NCBI GenBank assembly: GCA_903813345.2
Contig: CAIIXF020000001.1
Location: 32,612,056-32,676,000 of the forward strand
Reading direction: 5' to 3'
Length of the DNA: 63,945 nucleotides
Source of the DNA: Owenia fusiformis
Taxonomy: Eukaryota
Shown piece by piece: positions 1 through 13,139 of this stretch. Under the pieces are notes generated by a model that ran no database searches, had not been told where the DNA came from, and saw only the letters and a program-made list of their open reading frames with translations. Positions within the stretch are counted from its first letter, which is position 1. The number at the start of each line of letters is the position of its first letter. The translations under genes and the position numbers were made by a program.

Positions 1-1301
1 TGAGTCTGGGAATGGAAAAACACCAATGGAAACATTGAAAATTGAGTCTGCTGATGGACCACCAGCACAAGCTGCATCCTTGAGGCAACTGAGCCTGAGT
101 GCATTATCAGAATTGGTTAGTACATACATGAATGCTTTTATATTTCCAATATAGAATGATACATGATTCTTTATTGCAATTCAAACATGACTATGGTCAA
201 TGATGAAGTAGAACAGTTCATCATTTACATCTACAAGATTGTTATCTTTGAAGAAATTAAATTTTATATGTTTTTGGATGAGATTATTATTTAGAAATAC
301 TAAATAGGGGTGTTGGGTAACAATTGATATTCGTTTGAAAAATATTGAGTAGGTTTAGTTTGTCAAAATATTAAAGGAATTAAAATAATTAATTTGATGC
401 AGAAAAAATATGAAAACTTAGTTGGAAAATCATAACATTGACTAAAATGAACACACTGATGATATGCTGTCACCCCTTTTTAAAGAACAGCCCGTGCATT
501 TATCAAAAATTAAATGCACAGCAAAATCATTTTCATGCATATATCAATAAATTAACACACTGAAATGCTTTGAGCTGATTGGCTGAGACACACTTGGCAT
601 GTTTGAATTATCTCTAACACTTCCAAAACCCAGATAGCAGTATCTTTATCTTTAATGTAGAATATTTCTAGTATTGGCTGATCTTAAATGTCTACATTGC
701 TAAAATTAAAATTATCAATTCCATGATTCCAGATACATTCAAAATCCCATTAGGCAATATCAAACACGCCCCTGAGGAGTACCGACAGGTAGTCAGGTCA
801 TCGAATGTGTGGGACAGATTGCCTTTATATCTGTAATGCTCCCAACAACATACAAGGGTGACTACAGAGAGGCCACCATCTACCATGCCATAGGGGGAAT
901 GAACTTTTGGAAGCAATGATGGAGCAGGATGGAAAGTAAGATTTAAGTACATTACTTCTAGGATTTTTCAAGTTAATTTATTGTCTTGATGATGACTAGG
1001 ATTTTTTCTATTTTTAAATTTTTATAAAATGGCAAATATGCATCTCGTCAGAATGTAAAGGAATTCCCCCTAATTTCTGAAAAAATGATATGAAGTAAGT
1101 GAAAGTAATATTACTTCCAAGAGTTATTCATAAACCGAGTATTGTTAATTCCCTTTCAGCACCATGATAGAATGCCAACTGTTCCAATGTGACAGTATTA
1201 AAGAGACACTAATTGTGGGTAACACATATATAAGGAACATTTGTTCCTTATATAACCCCATGATATTTCAAGTAAGTGCTATATTTCTATTTTTTGTTTA
1301 T

Positions 1302-2151
1302 CACCCTATGCAGACAGAGCCTGTGGGAAATATTGGGTGTGGCGCAAATGAGCGGAGGGTGCGGAGCTAACGGTCATTTTTGAATTTAAAATTGGGATAT
1401 TTCTGAAACTAAGCCGTTTTGGGACTTCAAATATACCAAGATATGTGTATTTGACACCAAATATCAATAAAATTGTGAAAATAGTAGCGCAATTCATTTT
1501 ATAGCGACACAGTATGCCTTAAACATTTCCCAGACCTATATATTTTGAGACTATCCTTTTAATACTGCGTCCCCAGCATTCATAAAAAATGGTGTTCAAG
1601 ATACACTACCCATGCAAATTATTTTTGCATCTTGGAAGCCAGGCAGTATCTGTGTGATTTTATAAAAATTCGGAAATGTTATTCAGATATGAGCCCCTCT
1701 AAATATTGGGTGCGGAGCTACGTTTATGGAGCTGCTCCGCACCCAATATTCAGAGGGGGCTCATATCTGAAAAAATTTCCGAATTTTTATAAAATCACAC
1801 AGATACTGCCTGGCTTCCAAGATGCAAAAAATAATTTGTATAGATAGTGCACCTTGAACACCATTTTTTATGAATGCTGGGGACTCAGTATTAAAAGGAT
1901 AATTTCAAAATATATAGGTCTGGGAAAGGTTTAAGGCACATTGCGTTGCTATAGAATGAATTGCGCTACTATTTTCACAATTGTATTGATATTTGGTGTC
2001 AAATACACATATCTTGGTATATTTGAAGTCCCAAAACGGCTTAGTTTCAGAAATATCCCAAATTTAAATTCAAAAATAACCGTTAGCACCGCACCCTCCG
2101 CTCATTTGCTCCGCACCCAATATTTCCCACAGGCTCTGTCTGCATAGGGTG
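1302..2151. mobile_element. Foldback non-autonomous DNA transposon (850-bp near-perfect palindrome, CAC...GTG ends, 5-bp TSD)
   Basis: Left arm 1302-1718 (CACCCTATGCAGACAGAGCC...) is the reverse complement of right arm 1734-2151 (...GGCTCTGTCTGCATAGGGTG), with a 15-bp spacer. TTTAT flanks both ends (1297-1301, 2152-2156). The mirrored ORF-track entries 1306-1497(-) and 1941-2147(+) reflect this palindrome. Confidence 0.9.
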
Positions 2152-3959
2152 TTTATATGCTTTCCATTTATAAAAATGATGTGTGTGACTTAGATGTCTC
2201 TGCTCACAGAGAGGCTTTGAGCCTGTCCATCAGTGACATTTTAGATAAATCCCCGGGTCAGTCACATCAAATGTGAGGGTGAAAATGATCTCGAAAAAAA
2301 ATGTACAAACTTAAGAAAAAAGAGGCGAATGGCTGAACTTGACACTTTTTTGAGTAGTTTATTCTTTTCTTCATCTGAAAATACTTTAAGTTCTATTTCT
2401 ACTCAAGTCAACCTTCCTACAGAAAATGAAAGCAATTTAAAACGTCAATTTGAAAATCTCGATGATGAAATAGAAAAAAAAAGAAAGCAAAAAAGATGAA
2501 ACTTAGTTGATTTATTCAAGAAAAGTCAGGTGAAACTGGCAGAGTTAAATAATTTTATTATGTACAAGCACATTATTCAGAATGTGCAGATTTATTTATC
2601 CCTATTATCAAATATTTTATTTAATATTCAGGTTGGGGAATAATACAATAATGATCACGGATGTTGGCACCACACAGCAATATTTCTGGAACAATTTATA
2701 TCCTATGGATAACAAATATCGCATATGTTGAATGCTTTCTTCCCTTGAATATAAATCCGGGATCATTCCTTTCATACTAAACGGTGACCCAACACCAACA
2801 ATGAGCATTTTATTACACAATAATTCAAGTCTTTTGCATCGCGTATCCTCACAGGCTGTGATAGACACTTAAATTGGAGCTATAGTATGTTCTGATATAC
2901 ATCGCCACATGCATCTTCTATGTGTGAATATTCAATTCAACATTTTTTGCTTTTATTTAACAAATGGTTTGGAAAAATTGCCATTATGTTCACTAGAGAC
3001 GGGTCATTGGACAATAGAAGAGGAGCACCATTTCATTCAGTGTACTATATTTCCCATGGATACTATTCATAAAACATTGATGTTGATTGTGATGTGTGGA
3101 CTTTACCAAAATTTATACAGGGTCTTATATATACTTGTATACCTTCAGAACAAAGGAGTTTCATGAGACTCTCGGCACATGCCTTTTCTAATGGCTGAAA
3201 ACACTGCCAATCCCAGGCAAAAAGAGCTGCTTAACAGCGAGCTATTGATTTCTTTCAATCTGGATTGGAGTTGGATGAAGTGGGGGAGAGATGTCCGGTG
3301 ATTAAGAGGATGGGCTCCACATTCAAATGATGGAAGATCTGAGGTTATATTGAATTTATATTCGTTTATTCAAAGTTCAAGGTTGATCGAAATCTAAAAA
3401 CCGATTGAATCGGAGAAGAATAATGTCACTTATATAAAATTTTGAGTCTCACCTAGCAGAAGTTTCCTGGAAACCTCATATGGAGTGCATGAATTTGAAC
3501 AGATTAACATTAGTCTATAAAGTTAGCCATTAACAGTATTTAAATAATATTTTCAGACAACAAAAATCTATCCTAAAAATCTACCCCTACTGAGTTATAA
3601 AGTAAAACGTAACAGTCTCAGTCATAAACAAAATATTGTTGAGACATTTAGATATAGGTCTACTTAGATATAATAATCTATCAAATCTGTATTTGTCATT
3701 TGATTTGAAGACAACTTAAATGTTTATCCAAGCAGTTTCGAGATATAGCAAAAACCATTTTAAGATGAAATATCCACATGATATCTAGATTTTGATTTGA
3801 GTTTGATACTTAAAGAATTGAGAATATGTACAGTAAATTTAATTATAGGGAAATGTCTAGTAAAAGAAAAAATACTATAAAACTTGATATTTCACTTTTC
3901 ATAGTTTTATACCACTTTATTTTCAGACAACAAAAATCTATCTATATAGAGATGTCCCT

Positions 3960-4385
3960 AGTGATTCACTAATCAATAATTTTTGTTTGACTACAATGGA
4001 AATTGTATTTCCAGAGGCAATGAGAAGGCAAATTTATTTTTGAAACACTTCACAAAGAACTTTCATTTGGATGAAGAAGTTTATTTCTTTGAATCTCAGA
4101 ACTTCAAATCAAATTGACATACTTTGGACCCATGAATCCGAGATTTTTGAAATACTACTTTCATTAAACATAAATAAAGCAACCGGCCCTGACATGATAA
4201 GTAATAGAATGTTAAAAATGGCAGCACCAGCTCTCTCTCCCATTTTATCCAAACTGTTCAATAAAATGTTTATTCTTCAAGCCTTTCCTCAAAAATGGAA
4301 AATTGGGCATATTTTACCTGTTCATAAAAAGGGTGATAAATCAAAATTTCCATCCAATCTTTTGCCCCTTCCTAGGCGAACTTGA
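3960..4385 (+). pseudogene. Fragment of CR1/L2-type LINE ORF2 (N-terminal RT region)
   Basis: LNINKATGPDMISNRMLK...FPQKWKIGHILPVHKKGDKS matches non-LTR RT domain 0/1 motifs. Truncated on both sides. Confidence 0.75.
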
Positions 4386-6351
4386 CTTTAGCTTATGTTG
4401 AATACAAATTGATGGAAATACCTGGATGGATGACAAAAGAGCCAGGCAATGAACTACAATGTAGTTTGATCAATGATCCTGTAAGGAGTGTTGGGGAACG
4501 GATGCAAATGTTTGATTTAATATGACGAAACAAGAGTATATACACAATTTGAGCACATTTGGGATGCATATCTTACATAAAAAAAATTTAACTCAAAAAT
4601 GTACAATCATTTTTCTACATCTCATTATAAATATTATGAGATGGATATGTTACATATCTTAATTATTATGAAGTCGCAAATTTGCAGGACGGGTTAGAAG
4701 GGGTGAATTTGAGATGGTTATACACATAAAAATCATTAAGAATCCTTTATTATTGAAAAAGTTATTAAAATATGAAAACACAAATATTTAAATAATATAT
4801 AAGACAACCATTTTCTTGACAAAAAAGAAGGTAACCACATGAGTAATATGGGTTAATTAATCAATTATGTTATCATGGAACCCTAAAACCATGTCAATAA
4901 TATTAAAATATCCATTGCAATCCACGTGGAAAATCACGTGGTTCCACATGCAACATCCTTGTGTGGATCCACTTCAAAACTCTGCCATTTTTTTACCAAT
5001 TTCTATTCCGTAAAAAGCATAGGAGTATGATACAGGTCCAGTTGAACATGGCATGACATCATCATACTATGGTGGACCCACGTGTCAAGATTTGGGAGTC
5101 TCGCTTAGAAATAATGGGGAACTGAGGCATGGGTCAATATTGCCAAAGATTGAATGGAAGTTCTTTAAAACAGGGCAATAAATAAATCAAAAAAAAATTA
5201 CTGTCACCTAGGCTTGTAAATTCTAAACATAACATAGACATAACAGTAAAAATAACTAAAATCACAAATCACCCTATATGTTTTAATTACATACATCTCA
5301 AGATATGAAACCCAATCTACCAAATCGTTTCCATCAAAGAAGTCTTGCTGTCACCCAACATGTAAGGAGTGTGAGGACCGAAGCAACACAAATACCTGTG
5401 GTATAGGAATCAAGAAAATTCTAATTCAGACTTTAAACCTTTGGTCAGCTTGATCTCTTGCGAAGAGAAAACTAGTGAGACATTGCCTAGCAATATGACA
5501 AAACTTAGAGACTCACAAATGTCTGATCCAACCATTGGTCCAGTCAGAGCTTTGATAAATCGTCGCACTCATAACCGTACTGTATGTACTATTTTATTTT
5601 ACTATGTTTGGTTTTTATAAAGGTTGTTGGAACGAAAAATGCTTTGTTTGATCAATGTTTATAGCACTGATTAGCAGTGATGAAGGTTGTAACAGGACTT
5701 TCATGATCAACCATATGATGTTTTGACTCTACTGATCCTGCATTAATCGATTGTGCAAAGTGGAAATTGAACATCTCCTGAAAAAGAATTCCCCTAAAAC
5801 TTTTTTTATAATCCAAAATGAGATTTACAAATGTCTGTTTCTCTTTTACAGCTTGAGGCGTGTGTATTGTTCTCCCTGCATTTTAGCCGTTGTATGTACT
5901 ATTTTACTATGTTTGGTTTATATAAAAGTTGTTGGCAAGAAATATACTTGGTTTGATCAATGTTAAAAGCAGTGTAAATGTAGATAGTATAGAGCAAAAA
6001 AGTGACAGATGTTAGTAATCGTAGTATGGTCAATTAACAATTAAAAGTGCCAGGATCCGGTAGAAAGGTTTATTATAACATTACATGGACACAATTTTTA
6101 ATATAGATCAACATTAGTCATTGAAATAACAGTTACAAAAGAGGCTGCTAAAACGAAGCACATTAGAGACATTAGAGGACCCCTGACCCAATGGTACGAG
6201 GAGGAATTTCTGGTCACCTCAAACAGATCACATTCCCTTTAGTGCATTTTGTTTTGTAAATGGCGCTGACCCAAACAGTACAAATATGATAAAGGTCACC
6301 GAAGAGTCGGAATAATCAATAAGCAATCTACGTGAAACACAACATGATATT

Positions 6352-6535
6352 TGTGGTGTTATATACTTAACACTAGACTAACAGTTTATAAGATTATCAA
6401 GACTTTATTGCTGGATAAAACTTAGGACCGCATGGCTTCTACATCCGGGCACTAGACAGCCCAATCTGATGACGTCACACATTAAGGTGGACGATGAGTT
6501 AACATTTAAGGTGTACAGAGTGTACTAACACTACA
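6352..6535 (-). repeat. 3' LTR of the Gypsy element
   Basis: Identical by eye to 11108-11291. Contains a TGACGTCA palindrome and a minus-strand AATAAA. Confidence 0.95.
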
Positions 6536-6836
6536 TCCCCCTTTCGAGATGCTTTACAGAATCTTTACAGAATACATGGAATGATATTGTATCTTTAATA
6601 AGGCAATAAAGAAGTGTTACTTTAAATGTTACACCTTAATACAACTAAATACATGTTGCAATGTCTCTAACATGTCATACAGTTTTACATAAATGTTTAT
6701 ATCAAATGTTTTGACAAATAAAAGGTTTGCATCATTATAAACATGCTTCATCTAAGATCAACTATAGAAACCATAGAAACATATACAATACAGCTAGAAT
6801 GTTAATAAAGTCTAAAATGCATAACATTGTTTCATG

Positions 6837-7945
6837 TTACAAATCAAGTCTATCTACTGGCTTGCTTACTCTGCCTGACCTAGTAACAACATGTCGTCTC
6901 TCTGGAGACTTTTGCTTTGCTGCAGGCCTTGATATCTGTACCTTAGTTTCATGATCTATTTTTGATTCACAAGTAGCATTTGGTTGTACCTTGTTATCAT
7001 TATGACTTGTTTGTGATTCTAATGGATCATAAGTGTTTTCTAATTCAACTTCATGTTCCTCACAAGGTATCACCATGCTCCTGTTTCTTCGATAACTGTT
7101 ACTGTTCGTTTCTATATTATATGATCTGGTTTTGACTGCTTCAGTGACCTGACCATGTTTCATTTTGTCTTTGATATATACCACTTGACCTTTCTGAAGC
7201 TCAGGGAGAAGTTGGGTTCTATGCCTTTTGTTATAGTCAACAGACATCTTAAGTCTCTGAGATCCCTCCCTTTCTCTGAGATTCTGTTTATTGTATAATT
7301 TAGGTTCAAGTTTACTTGATGCCATTGGTACTGTAGTTCTGATACGTCGCCCAAAGAGTAATTCACTTGGACTAAGTCCATTTGCCAAAGGAGTAGCTCT
7401 ATATTCCATCAGAGCGAGATACGGATCTTCTGCTTTCTTAAGCAGTGATTTTACAGTCTGGACTGATCTCTCAATTTCACCATTACTCTTTGGGTACATT
7501 GGTGAACTTGTGACATGATTAAAACCATATTCCTCAGAAAACTGTTTGAACTCCAATGATGCATAATTTGGTCCATTGTCTGATCTCAAAGTTTCTGGAA
7601 TGCCATGGCGACTAAAGATTGATTTCATACTTGTAATTGTGTCTTTAGATCGATATCGGTCTAGCTTAGCCAGCTCCACATATCGAGAGAAATAATCTAT
7701 CAAAAGTATGTATGTGTTATTGCACCTATAGAACAAATCAGTGCCTACCAATTGCCATGGTCTATCAGGAAACTTTGTAGGGATCATTGGTTCAACAGGA
7801 CTTGGCTTTACATGGGAACATATTGTACATCTATGAACAACATCGGCTAGCTGAGTGCTAAGGCCTGGCCACCACATTGATTGTTGAGCTCTAGCTCTGC
7901 ATTTAACTATCCCTTGGTGACCCTTATGTAACTTTTCCAAAATCA
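6837..7945 (-). CDS. Gypsy integrase (continuation of pol in a shifted frame)
   Basis: ILEKLHKGHQG...CTIC (HHCC), GTDLF, IDYFSRY, SDNGPNY, SNGEIERSVQT (DDE core). Confidence 0.9.
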
Positions 7946-10812
7946 ATTCTAAGAGTGCTTGGCATAACAATTCTAGACCCTCTAAGAAGAATGCCTTCAT
8001 CTGCAGGACATGAAAATTCAGATTTGAATGGATAGTAAGCTTTAAGTGCAGATGAGAGTCTGGATTTGTCTGGCCAACCATTATTGACATATTCAATGAT
8101 TTTCTGACAAATAACATCACCATCCTGCTCATTTTTGATTCTCATGAGACCAACATCAGTAGCAGGAATTGTTTTCATGACTGTTTTAACATACAAATCA
8201 GTTTCTTTTGCAAACTTAGATTCTCCTACTTCAGGAAGGGGTGCGCGGGAGAGTGCATCGGCTACTATCAAATCTTTCCCGGCAACATGTGAAATCGAGT
8301 AATTGAACCTGCTCATCCGGAGCTTGAATCGCTGAATCCGGGGCGGTAATTCACTGAGAGTCTTGTTACCTAGCAATGGCACTAATGGTTTGTGATCTGT
8401 TTCAATCTCAAATTTTAATCCAATCAGATACTCTGAAAAGCGTTCGCATGTCCACGTCAAAGCAAGCGCTTCTTTTTCAATTTGCGCGTAGCGCATTTCT
8501 GCTTCACTTAAAGATCTAGAAGCAAATGACACCGGCCGCCATTCTTTATCTGACTGTAATTGCCATAAACAGCCCCCTAGACCATAACTGGATGAATCCG
8601 CTGAAACTCGCGTATCCAAATTTGGGTCATAGAGTGCTAAGACTGGAGTCGATTTTACCTCGCGTTTAATTTCATCAAAAGAACGCTGGTGATTTGCTGT
8701 CCATACAAATTCAGTACCTTTACATAAAAGTTCACGAAGCGGCTGACTTAGAACAGCAATTTTCTGTGTAAATTTGCTCAACTGGTTAACCATTCCGAGA
8801 AAATGGCGGACACCACTGACATCCTTTGGACAAGGCATATCAGTAATCGCTCGGACTTTGGACGGATCTGCGGAAACTCCATTTTGACCAATCACAACTC
8901 CGACGAATTTGAGCTCAGTTTTCCCAAAATCACACTTCTCTTTGTTGAGAGTGATTCCCGCCACTTCAAGTTTTTTCAACACTTTGTGTAAACGCGAGTC
9001 GTGCTCGGCTTTAGTTTTCCCGTGAACAACAATATCGTCCATGAAACATTGAACTCCCTCAGAATCATCTAGTATCTGGGAAACACGCTTCTGAAAATGC
9101 TCGGGCATTGATGCGATACCAAACGGGCAACGTTTAAATGCGTATCTGCCAAATGGGGTTATGAACGTTGTCAACAACTGTGACTGGGTGGACAATGGAA
9201 TTTGGTAGAAACCAGAATTTGCGTCAAGCTTACTGAAATATTTTGCCCCTGCCAAATTTCCTAAAACTTGTTCAGTTGAAGGTAAAATATATTTCTCAGT
9301 TTTTACATGTTTGTTCAGTTTGGTATAGTCAACGCATATTCTGACATCCTCTTTCCCCCGTTTTAACACAGGGACCATGGGACTACACCAATCTGTAGGA
9401 GTATCTACTTTAAATATGATATCATCATCCTCCATTTTCTGGAGTTTACTTTTACACAGAGAATACAATGGTATCGGTAGACGTCTAGGTGAATTTACAG
9501 CATAAGGTGTAGCATCAGCATCAAGAACTATATTATACTCTGTCTCAATTTTTCCGAGACCTTGAAAAAGTTTCGGATGCTTTCGCTCAACTTCAATGCT
9601 GTTTACAACCTTGATAACATTTAAACTTTCAATAGCAGGTCTACCTAACAATGCACATTTGAGATTTTTGGCTACATAAATGTCTTGGGTTGAACATTGA
9701 GAATGAGATTCTACTTCTGTAGTAAATTTACCCAAAATATCAATGGCAGTGCCACTAGCACCATACACTGGTACTGTAGATTCTTGCAAATCAACATTGC
9801 ATGAAGATTGTAGACATTTGAAGGTTTTCTCTGGTATCACTGTGATGTCAGCTCCCGTATCAATCGAGAATAACACTGGCGAGCCACTGACACTAAGATT
9901 AATATCATATTTGGCACTGGAAGTACCATCACAATCAACTTTACCAATAAAGGCATAATCATCACTTTCTGAATCACTAGAATCATCATTATAATACACT
10001 TGATTCACATTTCTGCTGCGACACATCTTCGAGTAATGTCCTCTGCGGCTACATTTTGAACAGGTACGAGTATATGCCGGACATTTGTCCTTGGGGTGGG
10101 GTTGGGCACCACACCTGAAACACTCAGTCATTTTATTCTTGGATCTAGTTTTACCATCACTGGAACCATTGGATTTAGTTTTGCCATCACTGGAACCATA
10201 CAGTTTTGGTTTACTCTGACGGCTTGAAGAATCCTGTTTATGATGCTCGTTACGATGGACTACTTGTACAAGATTACCTTGAAGTGATTTATTCTGAAGT
10301 TTTACCTTCTCAGATTGACGGACCATTGTCATGGCCTTGGCGAGGGTAAGTTTGTCGTCACACTGAAGTTTTTCAGATAAGCGTTTGTCAGTAATACCAA
10401 CAACAATACGATCACGGATCAATTCCTCCCGGAGGCCAGCATAGTTGCAATGTTCACTTAGTGTGTGTAGGGCAGTAATAAATGTCTCACTTGCTTCGCC
10501 ATCCTGCTGGAAGCGCTGGTTAAATTTAGCTCTCTCGTATATGACATTAATGTGAGCATTAAAAAAGCTATCAAACTTTTGGCGAATGGTACTATATTTT
10601 GAATTGTCCTCACCTTCTTCATACACAAAAGTTGATGAAATTTCCTCCGCTTTCTGACCCATACAATATATGAGCGTGTCAATTTTGACAGAGTCCACAT
10701 CCTCAGAAACTTTCGAAGCAGTCAGATAGCGATCAAATCGCTTACTCCACAGCTCCCATTCTTCCGATTTGAAGGAAAATGTTGAAGGAGGTGTCATTTG
10801 AAACGATGCCAT
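7924..10812 (-). CDS. Gypsy gag-pol (Gag with two Cys/His knuckles, protease, RT, RNase H); frameshifted at the start of integrase
   Basis: Probable start MASFQMTPP at 10812 (ORF open from 10890). Motifs: CFRCGAQPH...CSKCSRRGHYSKMC, IDTGAD, RICVDYTKLN, FMDDIVV, ADSSSYGLGG, ETDHKPL, ADALSR. Confidence 0.92.
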   Translation of the reverse strand: MASFQMTPPSTFSFKSEEWELWSKRFDRYLTASKVSEDVDSVKIDTLIYCMGQKAEEISSTFVYEEGEDNSKYSTIRQKFDSFFNAHINVIYERAKFNQRFQQDGEASETFITALHTLSEHCNYAGLREELIRDRIVVGITDKRLSEKLQCDDKLTLAKAMTMVRQSEKVKLQNKSLQGNLVQVVHRNEHHKQDSSSRQSKPKLYGSSDGKTKSNGSSDGKTRSKNKMTECFRCGAQPHPKDKCPAYTRTCSKCSRRGHYSKMCRSRNVNQVYYNDDSSDSESDDYAFIGKVDCDGTSSAKYDINLSVSGSPVLFSIDTGADITVIPEKTFKCLQSSCNVDLQESTVPVYGASGTAIDILGKFTTEVESHSQCSTQDIYVAKNLKCALLGRPAIESLNVIKVVNSIEVERKHPKLFQGLGKIETEYNIVLDADATPYAVNSPRRLPIPLYSLCKSKLQKMEDDDIIFKVDTPTDWCSPMVPVLKRGKEDVRICVDYTKLNKHVKTEKYILPSTEQVLGNLAGAKYFSKLDANSGFYQIPLSTQSQLLTTFITPFGRYAFKRCPFGIASMPEHFQKRVSQILDDSEGVQCFMDDIVVHGKTKAEHDSRLHKVLKKLEVAGITLNKEKCDFGKTELKFVGVVIGQNGVSADPSKVRAITDMPCPKDVSGVRHFLGMVNQLSKFTQKIAVLSQPLRELLCKGTEFVWTANHQRSFDEIKREVKSTPVLALYDPNLDTRVSADSSSYGLGGCLWQLQSDKEWRPVSFASRSLSEAEMRYAQIEKEALALTWTCERFSEYLIGLKFEIETDHKPLVPLLGNKTLSELPPRIQRFKLRMSRFNYSISHVAGKDLIVADALSRAPLPEVGESKFAKETDLYVKTVMKTIPATDVGLMRIKNEQDGDVICQKIIEYVNNGWPDKSRLSSALKAYYPFKSEFSCPADEGILLRGSRIVMPSTLRIDFGKVT

Positions 10813-11107
10813 AATGACCAGCAGCAAGTGGAATACAATAACACAGTACAGGATACAAAGTTTCGAAGTATAAATCCAATCAGGTAGCATGTAGATATAT
10901 ATATATATAGTGTCAATACAGCAGAATATACACGGTAGATAAGTTTATAACGAATGTAGAGCGACAAATGTTCAGCAAATTATAAAGTTTGTAAATTTCC
11001 TCCACGGAACTCAACTTCCGGTTCCCATGAGATCCAATTTTGAACGATGTACTGGTCCAAATATTGCAAACGGCTCGGATTCTGTATCTCAAGTCGATCT
11101 GACACCA

Positions 11108-11291
11108 TGTGGTGTTATATACTTAACACTAGACTAACAGTTTATAAGATTATCAAGACTTTATTGCTGGATAAAACTTAGGACCGCATGGCTTCTACAT
11201 CCGGGCACTAGACAGCCCAATCTGATGACGTCACACATTAAGGTGGACGATGAGTTAACATTTAAGGTGTACAGAGTGTACTAACACTACA
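11108..11291 (-). repeat. 5' LTR of the Gypsy element
   Basis: Identical by eye to 6352-6535. Followed on the minus strand by PBS TGGTGTCAGA (11107-11098). Confidence 0.95.
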
Positions 11292-11959
11292 ATATTAATC
11301 GAATATAGAAAGATAACCACTTATGTTCTTATTTTCCAGTGGGAAGCTGGCCTCGCCAAAAATCTTGAGATCTATCACAATGACCCAGATGATTCATACG
11401 TGAGGGCTCGTGCTAAAGCCAAGGAATCAGCAAAAAGAATTGCACAACTCATAGTGTACCACATATAAAGGTTTATTTCTTTTTGTTCATTCAAATTCAC
11501 CTTTTCATTTTTATTTCAACATCTTTGGTAGATACCGTAGGCCTATTTGTTTATCATAGGAGCTCAATTCATACCCATGTTCATAGAATTACACCAAAAC
11601 TGAAAAAACAACAATAGCATTTTGGTTGATATGAGCGTTCAAAAATAGCTCACCTTATCAAGTGAATTAATATATATACATGTACCAATTATAACTTTTG
11701 TGATTTATCGTGAGTTGTATTGATGCAGCCATGTGATCCAGCATTGACAGCAACAACAGTTAAAATGGAATAAATTGAAGGACAACAGGGGAATGAGTTG
11801 GCACCCATGTTTCATCAAATGCTACATTGTAGCATTGACTGATTTTAACTCTTTATTTTACAGTGAGATCTCTGAACTCTGAGAATCTGTAACTGGTTAC
11901 AATGTGATGCTGTGCATGTATTCACCTAGCTGAGCTGAGTAGCACAGCAAAAAATGCGT

Positions 11960-12200
11960 ATGAATACAATGAATCCTGACATCAGGATTCATACAGGATA
12001 TGAATCCTAACACCTGGATTCATAAAGGATATGCACGCAGTGTGCCAATCCTGTACGTATCCAGAGTCAAGATTCATACAGGATATGCTCGCTGTGAGCG
12101 AATCCTGTATGAATCCTGATGCCTGGATACATACAGGATTGGCAAATTGTGTGCATATCCTAATCATATCCTGTGTCAGGATTTATACAGGATTGGCGCG
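11960..12200. repeat. Array of short direct and inverted motifs (ATCCTGTATGAATCCTGA / TCAGGATTCATACAGGAT), probable MITE remnant
   Basis: Motif recurs many times in both orientations; no TSD identified. Confidence 0.55.
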
Positions 12201-12506
12201 TCTAAAATAACATGCCTAAAATAAAACCAAAGAAAAAAGGACACACACAAAATCGTCACAAATGGACAGATCACGAAATCAGAGAATTGAGAATGATATT
12301 TGCCGGACATTTTGATGAAAGACCCCTGGTAAAGCTGCACTCCTGAAAGGTGTTGAAAAAAGTGCTAAAAAATGGGTTAATCAGACACCTACCTATTGAC
12401 AAAATCAAAAAGAAAATTTCTTGGCTTATTATACATCCTTATTTGCAACAAAACAATGATAAACCAAAGTCAGTAAGTAGTAGTTGTACCATATGCATGA
12501 ATTGTA

Positions 12507-12685
12507 CAGTACAGGTCACAAAGAGGATCTCATTTTAGCGCATCGCGGCGCACTATCTCGGTGCATCTATCGATGCATCGGCGCATCAAATTTGATGCGT
12601 CGATCGGTGCGTCAGCAAATACGATCGATGCAGCGATCGGTGCAACGGTGAATTCTGTCGGTGCATCGAATGTTGCGCCAGTACA
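12507..12685 (+). mobile_element. CpG-rich repeat-family copy (TGCATCGA-rich) with a Tc1/mariner-like left end
   Basis: TA|CAGTACAGGTCAC..GAGGATCTCA start is shared with 59187-59400. Internal GGTGCATCG/CGATGCA motifs. Confidence 0.6.
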
Positions 12686-13139
12686 TATTTTCACACATGT
12701 TTCACTGATCATATAATAAAAAATCATTTCAAAATGTCTTTCAAAATCATGCAGTTTTTCATCATTCTGACCATTTTATGTGATTTTGGGCCAAATTCCC
12801 CAAAGTGAGCCCGCCCTCGGTAAATCCTGGGTACGGGCCTACCGTCTTTGATCAAATTGAAATCAGGAGTATTGTGTTCGAACGCGGTAGTTAATGTCAA
12901 TGAACGAATATAGAACACGTTATCTATTTATTAATTTATAATAGTAATAGTGATTTAATTTATTTGCTTATAATACGTTGTTTTAATGAACTGAATTTGG
13001 ATTCAGTGATCCTCTTCCAATGAACATTCATTTGTCATGATAACCACCGAGATGCAATGGTCAACTTTTGCTTTTACGTTTAATTATAATCAACGCCTTC
13101 CCTAAATTTCCTGTCAGATCATAAATCCCAGACTTCATC

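Larger units (their letters stand above)
6352..11291 (-). mobile_element. Full-length Ty3/Gypsy LTR retrotransposon, Mag-like clade
   Basis: 184-bp TG...CA LTRs at 6352-6535 and 11108-11291. TSD ATATT at 6347-6351 and 11292-11296. PBS TGGTGTCAGA (tRNA-Leu-like) next to the 5' LTR and PPT GAAAGGGGGA next to the 3' LTR on the minus strand. Domain order gag-PR-RT-RH-IN. Confidence 0.96.

Noticed and set aside
1..115. Exon-like open frame (ESGNGKTPMETLKIESADGPP...) ending at GTTAGT
   Set aside because: Truncated by the window edge, no recognisable domain and no linked exon; it cannot be called a host gene.
6466..6500. CTGATGA followed by a stem in the LTR as a hammerhead ribozyme
   Set aside because: The stem is followed by GATG rather than the required GAAA, and no stem I/III pairing is evident.
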